Shown: positions 40,101-54,577, numbered from the whole stretch's first letter. The stretch is 59,828 nucleotides of DNA, filler included, from Platydemus manokwari (GCA_037951405.1; 5 parts of 5 records of this genome joined end to end with filler, not necessarily neighbours in it); one strand, 5' to 3'. The notes: generated by a model from the letters alone, not told the origin. Translations and numbers: made by a program.

Positions 40101-41464
40101 GATTTTTGGAGATAATAATTTTATTTTGTTTTGAATTCAAAGATTCAAAAACTCGTAAAACCCAAAATATCCTCATATAATTCTAGGCCAATAGTTGATG
40201 AAATGGAATCCAATAATACATTCTGTCCAACTTTTTTGATGTCTTAGTATCAAATATCACCTTGGGAGAAAATTTAAGTAATACTGAAAGATAAGCTTTT
40301 CTTTATTATGAATTGATAATTTTTTATATCTGTCAATTGGTTTATATTGGTCACAAAAACTAGACTGACTTAATGGAATTTTAGATGCCCTCAATAAACA
40401 ATTCATTTTAATATGATTGCATGTCAAATATTGAATCTCCTTAGTGGAAATTGTGATTAAAAATAAAAATATAAAATAATGTACAAGAAATAAAATGGAG
40501 GAATAAGAAGAAAAATAAATAGAAAATAAAGAGATTAAAATAAAAATATTAATGAATTATTTGAATTTAATAATTTTATGTTTAAACGCAATAGAATTTT
40601 CACTACTCAAGTTGCTAACGAGGAAATGCCTCAAAAATATCATAAAAAATTATTATTATTATCACCACTTGGTCTGGTTCCTTGGGTTCGGTATGAAGAC
40701 TAAGTTAGTAATACAATTTTTCATAAATGCGTACTGATTTTTAACCTTAATTACATTACAGTCACTTTATAATTATAATTTTTGAACTCAACTTCGGACA
40801 AATATTATAAAATTGTCTAGAAGTGAGTCAAATATTTTACTTAAGATACCCAACAAATATATTATTAATTTAAAAATTATGTACAAAATTTATGTTGGAT
40901 TAGGAAAAACTAATAATTATCGATTGTCTGAAAACAATAATTAATTGAGATCAATCGGAATGAGTTGTCGGCTGGTTGAGAAGAATATTATGAAAATGAA
41001 ATAAATTCCACCGGTGTGAAGTATCTGTGTAAGTAGCACATATATCACAATTAGTTTCACAAATTGTTATTTTGATGAACCGAATGAATGTTATCAGCGC
41101 TATCAACTAATAAATATTATTTTATTAAAACCAATAAATAAAAATGCATAAGACAACAAATACGTTTATTTAAAAATAAATTAATAGTCATTTATAATTA
41201 TTATTTCTTCAACTACACTCCCATTCACAACTCCTTACATCACATTTTATTTAAATAAAACCTCAATAAAATATTTTATTTGTATAATATTTTGTTCAAA
41301 ATTTTTTATTCAAACCAGATTGTAGTTGAATGATTAAAAGCAATTATTTTAATAAAGATCCAGAAATGTTAAAATTAAAACTGTAAGTTAGATTAAGATT
41401 TATAATTAATAATTAAATAAAACAGTATTAATTAAAAATAGGTTTAAAAGGCTTACATTGATTA

Positions 41465-41564
41465 NNNNNNNNNNNNNNNNNNNNNNNNNNNNNNNNNNNN
41501 NNNNNNNNTTAATTAATTAANNNNNNNNNNNNNNNNNNNNNNNNNNNNNNNNNNNNNNNNNNNN
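41465..41564. other. Artificial contig linker
   Basis: 44N + TTAATTAATTAA + 44N. Confidence 0.99.
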
Positions 41565-44099
41565 ACCCTTGCTTCAAATCCAAAGCATGCTGTTTAGGCC
41601 AGAAGAGAATGAATTTCTTCTGCAGAATCTGGTTGGTTCTGCCAAATCTGAAGCTAGTTTCGAGCAAGGAGTTGTAGAATCTGTTGTAGCCCATGGAGAA
41701 TTCGAGAATTATATAAGATTTAGCAAATTATAAAATCGTATTTAAATTATTTAAAAAGCTAAATTTTATATAGAAGTTCGTTTATGTAATTATTTTAATA
41801 ATTTAAAAATTACAAGTAGTGAGCAAAGTGAAGATTAATTATAGTTTGTTATATTTTTATGATTTAATTAGGAATATTGGACTGTATTTCAGTCATGAAT
41901 ATAATTTCATGAGTCTATCCAATTGCAGGGTTGGATGTGTTTGCTCCATCGGAGAAAAAATGCCCATGTTTGTTGGCAATCTATGCTCTTTTGGAGTATA
42001 TATTTACTAAGTATTTGCGGGTCAGTATTGTTGGCAGTATGTGTTGGAAGTGTTATATGTAATAAAGTTTATAAGTTGGTTAATGTTTTATGTGTTGATT
42101 ATAGTTTGGTAGTTGTTTGGATCTTAAGATAATTTGTACAAATCATTGTAATCGTAAATTGCACTGGGATATGACCTGAATAGTTGAAAACTTATTGTTA
42201 GATATGTTTCAGTTCTGGTATTGAGTTGGTGTCAATTAATGGAGTGTTTCGTTTACAGGTGGTCAACAGGCAGAATCTATAGAATAAAAAAATCTAAAAA
42301 ATCTTTGGTTATATTTTGCGAGCCATGAGGAAAAAAGTAGGCTCATTACCAATACAATCAACTTTAATTGGCTTAAGACTGCTTACTCGAAACAAATAAT
42401 AAAATAAACAATAATAGGCTAGCAACTAGTAATGGCCCATTTTTATACTTGATGCGTTTCGGGATTGTAATTTTTGAATTTTTTTGTTTTAATCAGTCTC
42501 AATAACTTATTTTCACTTTACTCACGGATCACTGTTGCCTTGATCAGTCTCAAATGAGTTCTAATCAAGCCCAAGGTACATCTTAAACCTTATTCCTATT
42601 TCTATATTCGCTTCGCAATCCAAACTATATAAAGATAGAATTGATTGGCAACAATGATCTAAAGGGGTAATTTAATCCAATCAGTCTCAATTATTTTATA
42701 ACTATTTATGCCTCAAATATCGATCAACAACGTAACGCATTTTACAGCTAAACGTTTATAATTATATAAAAGCAAAATTATAGTGCGCAATAATAATATA
42801 ATCCCAAGATAAAAATACTGGATCAACGGCTAAGTTTACAATTTCAGATGATAGCGGTTTATATCTCCTTCTCTTGGATTAAAACCGATTACTAAGGAGT
42901 TTTATATGAGCACAGCTCTATAGTAAAATGATAAACGATAAGTAAGATAAATATAAATCAGTTGTTTACAAATGATCTAACTTACTACTTGGTAATGGCA
43001 AATGGCATATACTATTGACGATTGTTAAATGGCCTTACACAAAGTCCTCCTAGTGATTTCGAGATAAATTATGGGCGAGTTCTGATGTTTCGAACTCCTA
43101 TTTATATAAAATTTTTTTCGGTACGCTTAAACGGTTTATTTTGTTACATAATATTTTATTCCCCATGGGTTTCCCGTATATTGTTTAACATTTTTCCTTA
43201 ACTATAGCATTTTATTATTTAAAATATCGGAATATTGTTATTAAGAATATTTAAATATTTTCCTATTTTTCTTCAAAATTATTTTATTATTATTTTCTTT
43301 GTAATGCCAATACCTAGTGATTTAAATATATTACTAATTAGATATAAACTGTTAATATTATATAATTAAAACTATCAATATATCAGCTTTAATCAACCGC
43401 CTTTTCTCATAAAATATTCATTTCAACATAAAGATCTGGTGTGACTGCTTGATGTCACGAATCTTCATTTTTCATTTGCCGAATCTGTTTTCTTAGATCG
43501 GTCTACTTGAAATTTTCCTCACATCTCCCATGACATTGGAGATTATTTGAGGTTGCTGCCATTAATATGCATGTGCATGTCTGTTCGTAGTTTCTAAATA
43601 CAGATTAATTTTAAAACGAATCTGATTGGTTGACGGCACATGTATTTATTGGTTATGCATGTATCAACCCTTTCTAGGGTTCTTTCCTTGGTTTTTGTGA
43701 TCCTCTTAATTGATTTGTGACCTACCCAACAATTACATCATGATGATATTTAAATCCATTTTTGTAGATGTTATGTAACTTATTTTATTTTATTTTTCTA
43801 TTATCATATAATTTTTTTTTCACGATCCTAATTATTATCGATTATTATGAATCACAGCCATATTTTTGAAAAGGAGTTTTCTACTTGAATACATAAAATG
43901 TAAAAGTGTTATGAATTAGCAATCTTAGTTCGACGAGATACAGTCTGTGCCTGGCTCTAAAAGATATATTAGATTGCTATAAAATCAAAATACACTGAAG
44001 TCTTACTCTTGTTACGAAATACAATTATTGATTGCTTAATTAGAAATTATAATCATCAAATAATATAATGACATCAATAACAAATAAATAAACACAACA

Positions 44100-45150
44100 G
44101 AACTTTATTGATTTTAAATAACTAGATAAATAATGAATTTAAAGTTCCGGTGCTTATAAATCAGAAAGCACTAGCACTGGTGTAACATAAGCTATCTATG
44201 AATAAAAAGATTGGAAATAATCAAGAGAGATTTTTATCTTAGATGAATTGGACTTAACCAACGCAGGCTTATGATAAATCTGATAGTTTAGCAAATTCAA
44301 AATGTTCTACTTGTCGGATGCACTATTAATATTGGGATTCCGAGAGGTGATAGATTAAATGCTGGTAAATTAGTTATTCAAATTGTTGAGTCAAAGAGAA
44401 TTGGATATTGCAATTTATATTTTACTGGATCATACTAATCAATACGTACACAAGGACTCTAGAATTCAACAAAATACTCTATAAATCAAAACTTTAACAA
44501 CTGCATAATACTCGGTTTCCAATCGGTCATAGGTATTTATAACTGAGATTTGTCAGTAATTTGTGTATCACATTTTGATTTGATATTTTATTTTTCAAGT
44601 TCCAATTGGATTTATTAATTTTGTGTGATCGACAGTGGTCAATATCTATATGTGTGTTACTGTATAGTTATGTCAATTTTTCGAGTTAGAAACTTTCATT
44701 TAAGTCCTCTGTCATTGGTTGATTGCTATTCCTGTATGGTTGTGTAAGTATAAAAATATTTAAAGTGTTAAAATAAAGGTTACAGTGTGAAAAATCGTTT
44801 TGCTCTAGAGAAATTTCATCTTTCGAGTAAAACAAATAAGAATACTGGAATTGGTAATGGAGAATATAGAAATTTTTCTAGTGAAGGTAAATTCTTGAAT
44901 TTGCAACGTTGATTTTGGCTAATTTCAATACGTATTTATAATCACGCTTAGACAATTTTGTTCCTGGATTTAGTTTTGTAGCTTTGTCTGGGAAATGTTA
45001 TGCAAAATTCTGAATAGACACTTTGCTTTGCTACTACGCTGTTTTTGTTTCTTGAATCTTTGATTTGTTGTTTTCATAAGGAGACAAGGCAATTCGATTC
45101 TCTGAACATAAACAAGAGATTATTGGTCATATTTTATCGTGTTTATCATT
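44100..45150 (-). mobile_element. Decayed LINE reverse transcriptase fragment (CR1/L2/Jockey-like)
   Basis: Minus-strand TTVDHTKLI (AFDTVDH-like) about 44630, GVP-like about 44455, ASD (FADD-like) about 44318 and a W...N.SK-like motif about 44255, in RT order. Confidence 0.45.
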
Positions 45151-46011
45151 TATTCACTTTTTTGTCCTGTCCTAGCTCTTTTGAACTACAAGTCTTAATT
45201 ACGATTGACAATACGTAGACAAAATATTTTATAAAATTTTTATATCACAGTTCGGGAGTTCACAATTATGTTTAATCTCCAGTAAATGTTTTTAATTAGA
45301 TGACGGATTAGCAGAAAATTACAAAATGATTCCAATAACCATTGTTCGAGTGATAAATCCTCTAAACGGGTTTTACGAATCAATTTCAGAGTAAATTAAA
45401 TAAAAATCAGAAATATTAATAGGTGTGATGTTTCTATTCAAAGTGTGGTGAGAACTATACATTTGCTATGGATTCGATCTTCAATCTATAATATCATCTT
45501 TAGTAAATTGAATAAAGGTACAATCAATCAGAATCTTTTTGAGGATTTGACGAGAGCCAGATACAAAATTTTATATTTGATTGATACATAGTAAATTCCT
45601 GATAAAACTTGCCAATAATTTATTATAACCACACCACTTTCATTTTTGATAATCTAAATAACAATCCCAAACCTTAGACAGGTTAACGATTTTAAAACTT
45701 TACACAAAATATTGTACATTTTAATTTAACCAATCTTGGTAGAATGTCACTCGTTAATAATCACAACAAAAAAACTTGATACATTCTAATATTTAACCAA
45801 TTCATTAAATTTTTCACTGTTTATGTACTTAAACAAAACTAGCTTGGCTTTTCGGAATAAATGAAAAATGTTGACGCATTTTTCATTGATCAGCTACGTC
45901 TCCATTGACAACAATAAAGTCACACAACTGTTCAGTGAAATAAAAGTCAAGACATATTTATTGAATATAACCAAACGAACGCAATGTTGTCACCCAATTG
46001 TGGGAATGGCA

Positions 46012-47344
46012 TCACAATGTCACGCCAACCCCATAATTATTCATGAGAAGGTCGAACTCGGCTTCTTTACGAATGTAATCCTGGACAAATGGATGATTGC
46101 TATGAGAATCTTTCAATTGGGAAATATATCTATTTGTTAGCTATAATAAATCATTCAATCAATTCAATCCATCAAAGAGGAAATAACTACTTCAAATGGT
46201 TTACCCAACATCTGTGACAGGACAATCATATTGATCAGTGTTTCAGGATCATTTGCATTCTAAATATTATTTAACCAATAAAATTATCAAAGCCGCATTC
46301 AATCTGTACTTTATCCATAGCATCTTGCAATATTGGTTCGGCTTCTTCGGGTTTTCCCAATCCAAGCAATGCAGCTGCTTGACCATTTCTTATTAAATTC
46401 GTTTGAGCTTGATATTTTTCAAAGAGTTCTTGATAAATATTGAAAGCTTCAAGTAATTTATCTCCACCCTAAATTGTAAGTATTTATTCAATAATCCGAC
46501 ATGAAACACTCTGATCAATTATTACTACAGAAAGGTTGACCATGGCCAACGTTAGTTGAGTCAACACATCATCTTCATTTGATTCGAGCATTTTTTTCAA
46601 TTCTTTTTGAGCTAAATCAACTCGATGCATATGTATCAGAACTTGAATTGCCATAGCTTGACTTTTATAAATAGAAAATTATAAAAAATGTTATAATTTT
46701 TTTTAAATATTTTTAATTTTCATTTCATTAAAAATTTACAACAATCTTGAATTAATATAAAAATTAAAGAAATTTACCATTCCAAAGAATCACCATTATG
46801 CAAAACCTTTAAAGCTTGTTCAGGTTTCTAAATTAAACTTATTTAATTACATTATCAATAAACACAAACCATTTCATGTAAATAGATTGTTCCTCCAATC
46901 AACAATGTAATATCATTCTCGACATCCAAATTTCCATTAAGAATTTCTTCAATGTCCTTTATGACGTCTTGACTAAAATTAATAAGAATCAACCTGAAAA
47001 CAAAAAATTCAATTTTACCGTGAATTCACATCAGAAAAGTATTTGGCCAACAATCTGATCGACTTTAATTCGGTTGACGCATCTGCAGGTTTAATTTCAT
47101 CCAAAGGAATCCTGTAATTGTGAAGTGCAATATAGCATCGATACATAAGTATATCTTTCTGTTTTGCTATATTGGCGTCTTTAGTCTAAATAAGAATTTG
47201 GACGAATATCAAAGTTTGAAATTAAAATGAGAAAAATTAAAAATTTCAATCAATTACTTGCATATTTTGTAGAATCTTCAGGCATTTTTGAGGGTTGTCC
47301 AAATAAAATTGGACAAGGGCATCCAAAAGATTGTTATAGTTCAT
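46012..47344 (-). CDS. COPE: Coatomer subunit epsilon, 8 exons
   Basis: Exons 47344-47258, 47185-47019, 46972-46870, 46827-46778, 46661-46526, 46468-46310, 46259-46191, 46140-46012, with GT-AG introns of 42-116 nt. Motifs: LMYRCYIA..LDEIKP, IYLHE.KPEQALKVLHNGDSLEC.AMAIQVL..RVDLAQKELKKM...ED..LTQL, GGDKL.EAF.IYQE, NGQAA, DPETLINMIVLSQ.LGKP.E.TNRYISQLKDSH..HPF. Confidence 0.96.
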
Positions 47345-47949
47345 AATGAGTTGTAATAATTTTAAATATACAGTTATGATAAAATTCAAATAATTAAATA
47401 AAACAAAGTTCAGATAAATTTTAAGATGTTTGAAATATGAATTCAATATGAAGAATTCTTGAGATTTTATATTTGTGAGATACATTTAAACTTATTTTAA
47501 TTTTTCAACAATTTTTAAAACTTTTTATTTTAACATATGATTTCATGGTGAATTTAATTGTAAAATGAATATAAAAATTTACTATTTAGAGTTTTTAGAA
47601 AATTGATTTAAGTAGGTCGATATATATCTAATTAATCAATTTAGATAATTTATAAGTAACAACTGACTCCCAGATAGAATTTTTATTTAATAAAACTCCA
47701 ATATAAAATTAAATTATTATACACGAATTAAATTATTCATATCGAAACTTCCACATATATTAAGATAACAGGCATACAAGCTTTATTTCCCTCTTATTTT
47801 TCATTGAATATTCGAGTTCTGTGAATTGCTTTGATAAGGCTTTCATTTCATAAGGTTTCAACAGATATTTCAATTTAGTATTGTTATTATTAATCTCTGA
47901 TAAGTGTACCTGTTTGGTTGCAAGGGTTTTTGTAATTAGTAAGTAGTCT

Positions 47950-50230
47950 AATATATAAAAAAGATTATCACAATCACAGTGCTTGAGAGCTAGCTTGAAT
48001 TTGAGCTCTATTAGAGTACTGTTAAGGTTGTGGTAATTAGGAGAGATAACGATTGATCTTTCCTTCTTTCACATTATAATAATAATTGGGAGCAGGGGTA
48101 CACATGATATTAAAGATATCATAGAGTTCCATAATTAATCTAGTGGGAGTTTGAGGAAACTCAAATTGTACGAAGGCGATACGTGATGTTTGAACAGTCA
48201 AAACATTCATGTAATTGGTAAGTAGCAATTATCTCATGGGCTGTCGTTTTAATTATTACAAATATGCTACAAATTCTTGGGTATACGTCTAAATATCTGG
48301 CATGCCACGTTTCCTGATACCTTCTTAAAATGATCAATTGTAAGGAGATGGTCATAATTCAGTACCCTGTCTTCATTCTAGCAAATAGTCCATATGATAT
48401 CTGAGATTCCCCTGTTTATTAACTGAGGAAATACTAGGGCTTGATTAGCCTTTTCTATGTCTTGGATAGCATATATTCCCCTTTATTCCAAATCATCTAT
48501 TGGTTGAAAATCTACCTTACCTTCTATGATTTTAAAGTTAAACATCTCTATAGAATTTCTTCGTGGTCTCCAGTCTGGTATTGTAATTCATTGATTATCC
48601 ACTCCACTGACTAGGGTAATGGCCCTTCTTTTAGTAACACATGTGATAAACGGTTGGTGTGGGTATCTTATTCTCTTGCTTTCTTTGTCAGTGTGGCCCA
48701 TCCGCGAGTCAGAATTCCACTGGTGTTATTTCTTGAATAATGATTGAGGGTTTGAACAATTTTTCTCCCTTATAGGCAATTCGGCAAAGTCATTGTTTAC
48801 TTCTTGAATTTCATGCAATATAACAGTAATTCAGTATCGAAATCAATAAGAAATTGTTGTTGGATTTCTTCTCCGCTTGTTTGTTTTTATACTGTTATGA
48901 GTTCTTTTGGTGTAAATAATAGTTTGGTCCTCTTCGGAATATGACTCCTTTATGACTGGTTGAAGCCATTGTAAGTCACCTGTAAATCATGCCGTGGCTT
49001 AGCCGACATCCAGCACCTACCAGATATTCGTCATCATCTATGGGCTTTTCCAAGATAGATTATAATATACTGTTTTATCCGCTTTAATTTGGTAAAGAAA
49101 GAATATTGTTTAATCCAACTACCATAATTTTTAGTTCAATTACTTATAGTGACGGTATGTTGTTCCGGTGCATTACTACGTAGGTTAATCTATATTCCTG
49201 TAATAGTAATTGGGCGTCACTTCGATATACGGTCCTATGGCGTCTCTAATATAGGGACTTCCTGCATTACTATCCCTGTAGGTACAGTGACACAATTGCG
49301 AGTACTGAGGAGCTGTTTGATGCTCTCCTCAATAATTTCCAGCTTTTGTAGCATGTTCTTCAATTTCGTAGGGAATTGTGACATTAGTTTTCATTCGGCT
49401 ATTGATAATTCTATTGCTGCTAACGCATTCTCCGGTGTGCTGAATCGGATATCATTTCGGCTGATTTGCTCATATTTTTCTGATGTCCTGTAGTGAAGAC
49501 TATTCGAATTTGCTTATAATGCTTCTGCTTCGTACCTTAACATTCTGCTAGGCTGATTTGCCTTAATCCATTGTGGATGTGTTGATTCGCATTCGCACAT
49601 AGATAGGTGGGACTCGTCTTGAGACTAGGTACACCTAAGGTTTGGTATGGTAACTGAGTAAATAATGCAACATCCTTGAGACGTGGTTTCCTTGTAATTG
49701 GCCATCCAATAGGCACCTGTTGACTAATTTCTTCGATTGTTCTGAAACTGCTTGTTGGGATAATATTTGTATAAACCTAAATTTGAATTTATTATCGGTT
49801 TTGGAGCAGGTAGTCATCATATAGCTAGGGTTCACTTAGGCATTAAAATCCTTTCTTTTGGTAAAAATATCCTTGTTGTGTACGAATTCGCCCTCAGGCG
49901 AATTTTATTGTATTGGTGGATTGTGGGGACATACTTGGTGTATATTTCAGAACTTCCTACATCCAAAACTTTGAATATTTTCATTTATCTTCACTGCATT
50001 TCGTCTGGGTGCAAACCCTTTTGTAGATCGGCAGATATAACTGATGTGGCCTGGTTCGATACATTAATCACATTGGAGGCCTGTGACATTGCATTCTTTT
50101 GTATAGTAATCAACCTTGTTGCATTTTTGAAATTTGACTTTTCTCTGGTAGCGTGACAATCCTTGGTTTGGTGGCTAGTCATATAACATTACAAAACCAC
50201 AAAGAGCAAATATAACGGATTTCAGGAATA
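47950..50230 (-). mobile_element. Decayed Ty3/Gypsy LTR retrotransposon gag-pol
   Basis: Gag CCHC knuckle QCD*CIEPGHISYIC about 50030-50075. RT-like FPTKLKN/IIYLG region about 49050-49380. Integrase-like DHLLTIDHF about 48335, FPQTPTRLI about 48150 and TPAPNYYYNVKEGKINR (TTxYHPQxNGxxER-like) about 48050-48100. The RT-then-integrase order is Gypsy-like. Confidence 0.65.
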
Positions 50231-50381
50231 TGAAACAAAAGTCACAATTGATGAATATTATAGGGTTATCAAAACACGTGGATGAGATATGCATATATGG
50301 AAAAGAAGAATATTAAATTACTGACAAACATAAAAACATTGAGAACACAGAATACACAAAATATTAAAATTGTTATTAATG

Positions 50382-50383
<2 letters not shown>

Positions 50384-50453
<70 letters not shown>
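50384..50453. repeat. (TA)n(TG)n compound microsatellite at contig end
   Basis: Direct reading. Confidence 0.97.
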
Positions 50454-50461
50454 TGTGTATA

Positions 50462-50561
50462 NNNNNNNNNNNNNNNNNNNNNNNNNNNNNNNNNNNNNNN
50501 NNNNNTTAATTAATTAANNNNNNNNNNNNNNNNNNNNNNNNNNNNNNNNNNNNNNNNNNNN
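50462..50561. other. Artificial contig linker
   Basis: 44N + TTAATTAATTAA + 44N. Confidence 0.99.
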
Positions 50562-51251
50562 ATTCCAATAATGGTATGTATTAGTAAATCAATTTTTTGC
50601 TTACACATTTGTGATTCTAAACAATGTTTAAATATTCTCTAATTTTTGTATTAAACTGAAACTATCTTTGGGCATTATTAACTTGTAATTTTTTAAAGAC
50701 AATGTGTTACATGTGTCTAAATTGTAAATTGCTTTATTATATCTATTAGCCATCAACTGTCTGTCACATTTTGTAAAATCCATTGAAATTTGATAATTTC
50801 ATGCTTTTAACTAAATACTAATTTGATTATAACTGAAGTACTTGAATAAAAACATTTCACGAAGTTTGATTACGTTTTAAATTATTAAAGTTTAAAACAT
50901 TCAAATTTAAATTCTTATTGTTATTCTTTGTTGTTCCGTAGTGAATAAAATTTTGTAATATGAAATTGTGAAACTCTTATTGTGAAATATATGAAACTCT
51001 TTAATTGTTAGCTTTTTTGATTATATATTTTTATGATTTCTAAAAGCTATTTACAATAATACATTTTTAATAGAAAATACAAATAAATGTATAGAATTTA
51101 TTTACTTTGATACTAACAAAATTATTATTAAAACTAATATTTAATATTAAATAAAAAAATTGTTTTAATATTCTGTTTGGAAGTTTAACACATATTTCAA
51201 AAGTATGTTAATTTGTTTATAGAAATACTTGTTTTTAACTTATTCATTTAG

Positions 51252-51329
51252 ATGCGTGATAAGTGGAAGAAAAAGAGAACGCGTAGACTTCAACGAAAAA
51301 GGAGGAAGATGAGGTCAAAGAACAAATAA
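51252..51329 (+). CDS. RPL41: Ribosomal protein eL41 (eS32), 25 aa
   Basis: MRDKWKKKRTRRLQRKRRKMRSKNK* compared with canonical [25 protein letters not shown], same length. A 49-nt 5'UTR intron 51203-51251 (GTATGT..TTTAG) ends right before the ATG. AATAAA at about 51338. Confidence 0.95.
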   Translation: MRDKWKKKRTRRLQRKRRKMRSKNK

Positions 51330-51823
51330 TTTCTTTAAATAAAATTTGGTTAATGAATGCTGGTTACTTTAATTCGTTCATATAAAACTTATTGGCTACT
51401 GTATCGAACTAACATATTAAATAATTTATTGTACAATTTTAACAAATCTTATTGTACTTTTAATTCATTAACTGTATCATACCTATGTTGAACTGAAAAA
51501 TAATAAAAAATTTGAAATATTCATAATGTTACTATTTCGTTGCAATGTACTTTTATACTATTTTGTATTTTAATAGTATTGGCTTAAGAATAGTTATTTA
51601 GAAATTTAGTCTATGAAATAAAGTTGTATCTTTTAGTGTAAAACATTAAATTAAATTGCATTTATAATTTTTTGCTAATTTTTAAGTTTGTCTCGTAGTG
51701 AATTTTACTCAATTTTTGTATTTATAATTTTGTTTATATATTCTAATATATAGAATTATCTCAGCATAAATTCAATTTTAAACTGCGTGTATATTGATAT
51801 CGGAATTATTTTAATTTAAGATA

Positions 51824-52572
51824 ATGTCCATTATAGAACAAGTGGTATTATTATCAAGTCATGCAAAATTTAGAGAGCAATGTTTTAGATTAATTCAATA
51901 TTTGTCGTCATTATTAAAGGAATATTATTTATTATATTATTCTAAAAACTTCTTTTCAATTAATACCTTCAAACGATTAGAAGCTCATATCAGTGCCTGC
52001 AGAAAATGTTAGATGTATCATGTTGTTAAGTAATAATTATTGAATTAGTGTTGAGGGTAGGAAGATTTTTGGAATCATTTAACAATGCTCAACAGTGCAT
52101 AAACGTAAAAATAGATTTGGACAATTTTTTCAATACGTTTTCGCATGTATCAATGGGTTGCTATTACATTTATGATAACATTGGGTGGTTTTATTCAATA
52201 GTTTTGAATAAAAACAGCACACAGTTTGGATTAACGGCCACGAGATATTGGTTTTTAGCTCTGTCATGTTTAATTGCTCGAGATGGAGAAAGATTGTATC
52301 AGTTATGTTCCATCTCGAGTAGTTTGAGCAGAAAACAAATGGTTTTATTTATCGTTTTGATTTGTCGATTAATTTTTTATAAAATTGTTTTTTAGAAATT
52401 AAAAGTCAATAAATTGATTACTGATTTGGTGAAAAATATCCTGGACTTGTTTGTGGCTCTTGTTGCTCTCAAGCGTTTGGAAAAGGCTAAATTATTGGCA
52501 GCTGTCTGTGGGGTTTTTTCAACTGCGATTAATATGAGGAATATTATTGTGGCAAACAGCACCAGCTCGTGA
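51824..52572 (+). CDS. PEX11: Peroxisomal membrane protein PEX11 family, about 217 aa, 3 exons
   Basis: Exons 51824-52007, 52049-52341, 52396-52572 (introns 41 and 54 nt). Motifs: REQCFRLIQYLS, LEAHISACRKLLRVGRF, YYIYDNIGW, RYWFLAL..LIARD, DLVKNILDL and a hydrophobic C-terminus. Confidence 0.88.
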
Positions 52573-52899
52573 TTAAATATTGATTTTTATAATAAAAACA
52601 GTTGTTTATTTTCCTACACATTTATTAAATATTAATTTTATTTGGAATTATATGTTAATTCAGTTCTTATCATTAATTACATTCTTATTTGTAAAACATC
52701 TGATCTATGTTATTCACATGCTCGAAAAAGATTGAAAAGAAATGTCTTCTAACTTATGATAAAATTATTTTTTCTCTATCAACTATATTGTCCAAAGAAA
52801 ACAGTCGTAATCGTCAAGATGATATTCATTGAAATCGTAGGTTACTTTGTGATGTTTACTGAGAAATTGAAGTGGTTATTGAATAGTAAATTTTCCAGC

Positions 52900-54020
52900 T
52901 TGTCGAATTCGTTATTAAATTGCAATGAAGTTTTTCTCTTTTAACTTAAGTTACTTGATTTCCTATTCAGTGTATTTTATTCTGATATTTTCCTTAATCA
53001 TCGGTTATAAATAAAGTTAACATCTCGTAAAATATACACTATTATTTGATTTAAATTTGATAACCCGATAATAATATTCTTTATATTAATTTATTGTTGT
53101 GTACATTTATTACCTGACAGACATGCCGCATGGGGACAAACAATCCTTTTTGGAAAAGTCAATCTATCATCGGATTCGAGTATCAATTATTCTCGTACAA
53201 GCACTTCAGGATTTTCTGGATCAAAGGCACACAGGAGTTGTCTTTCGAATGATTTGTCATCACTGACCAGCATTGGTATGCGATGAACAACCTAAGTAAA
53301 ATAATTATCATTTATGCTGAAACAGATTTGCCAAGGCTATATTTACCATTTTATGTAATTAAGAGACTTAAAATCATAAAACCTCCCCCATCATCGACAT
53401 CCAAAGCAGTGTTTTATGTTAGAATAAAGGGGACTTATCTGAAATTGTTCATTTATATATTGATAGTATTTTCCAACTGGATTTTCAGCAAAAATATTAA
53501 TCTCCTTATCGTCTAATTCTATGATTACTATGCTATTCAACTTTCATTGACCACTTATCTTTTGAGGTCAGAAAGGTAATGATAGCCGAATCATAAATCA
53601 ATCACTGCTTTATCGAACATCTTCTGACTCTAAAAAAACTTACAAGTATTAATATTATTCATTTTTCGTGTTATCGAGTAACAATTTTACGCTCTCAAGG
53701 TTATATAATATTTATAAACAAAGAAGCATTGAACATCATTATCATTGTAGAACATTATATTATTAGGGTCATTATAATTTTTGTGCTGTTTTTACATAAT
53801 CGAGTTTGTCGTTTGAGTTAGTCATTATATGGTTGTATTTGATTACATAATCAATTGTTGATAACACTTGAAGTATTAATGACCTTGACACGTTTATTAA
53901 TAAGACATCATATTTAGGCATTTCTGAACCTGATCGATTTTGATATTTCCTCAACCTATGAATGAGTTCTGACCTGGAGAACTAAAAGTTAAATCAGTCC
54001 TGACCGAGGCCCCTGATTTC
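52900..54020 (-). mobile_element. Decayed non-LTR retrotransposon RT region
   Basis: Minus-strand SPGQ about 53975, AFDPENPEVL about 53225, KDCLSP about 53140 and LFITDD about 53005, in RT motif order. Confidence 0.4.
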
Positions 54021-54577
54021 GTCATTGATGTATGATGACTAAAGTTGGAATAAATATAATTTAGCTCACTCTATATGAAGTCCGATATCTCTATTAATAA
54101 CAATATCGATCTAATAACATGCCTATATCATATTATTTACGTACCAGTGTATTTGTGAATATTTTATTATTTTTCTAATATGATACAATTTTTGATTATA
54201 AATGTTATTCATGATTTTCTTAAAATATAAATCGATCAATTTACACAATAATCAATAAATATAAATTTGAAAAATATGAATATCGATTTGATAAAGATTT
54301 TAAAGCATTTTCTAGACAAATCAGATATGATTGTTTTTTAAAATTTTTAATTACATAATTGTGAAACACTAAATAAATTATTTTATCAATCGATATTAAT
54401 TTCATTGTTTTGCTGGACCATCATTTGACGGTTACAAAATTCGAATTTCAAATAATTCCGGAAAGGTAAGTGCTTGTAATTTTTATACTTTAATAATAAT
54501 ATTATTATATTAAATTATATTTGTGTTTCGGTATGAATTAATTTCGGTAATCAATTTTAGATATTTAAATCAATAAA

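Noticed and set aside
43560-43700. Faint resemblance to 18S rRNA (ATACATGC...ACCAATC on the minus strand)
   Set aside because: Only scattered short words match, with no extended rRNA similarity.
45868-46140. 90-aa plus-strand ORF
   Set aside because: Antisense shadow of the last COPE exon and its 3'UTR.
41566-52572. Apparent peroxisomal cluster (SKL-ending exon and PEX11)
   Set aside because: They lie on different contigs separated by an artificial linker.
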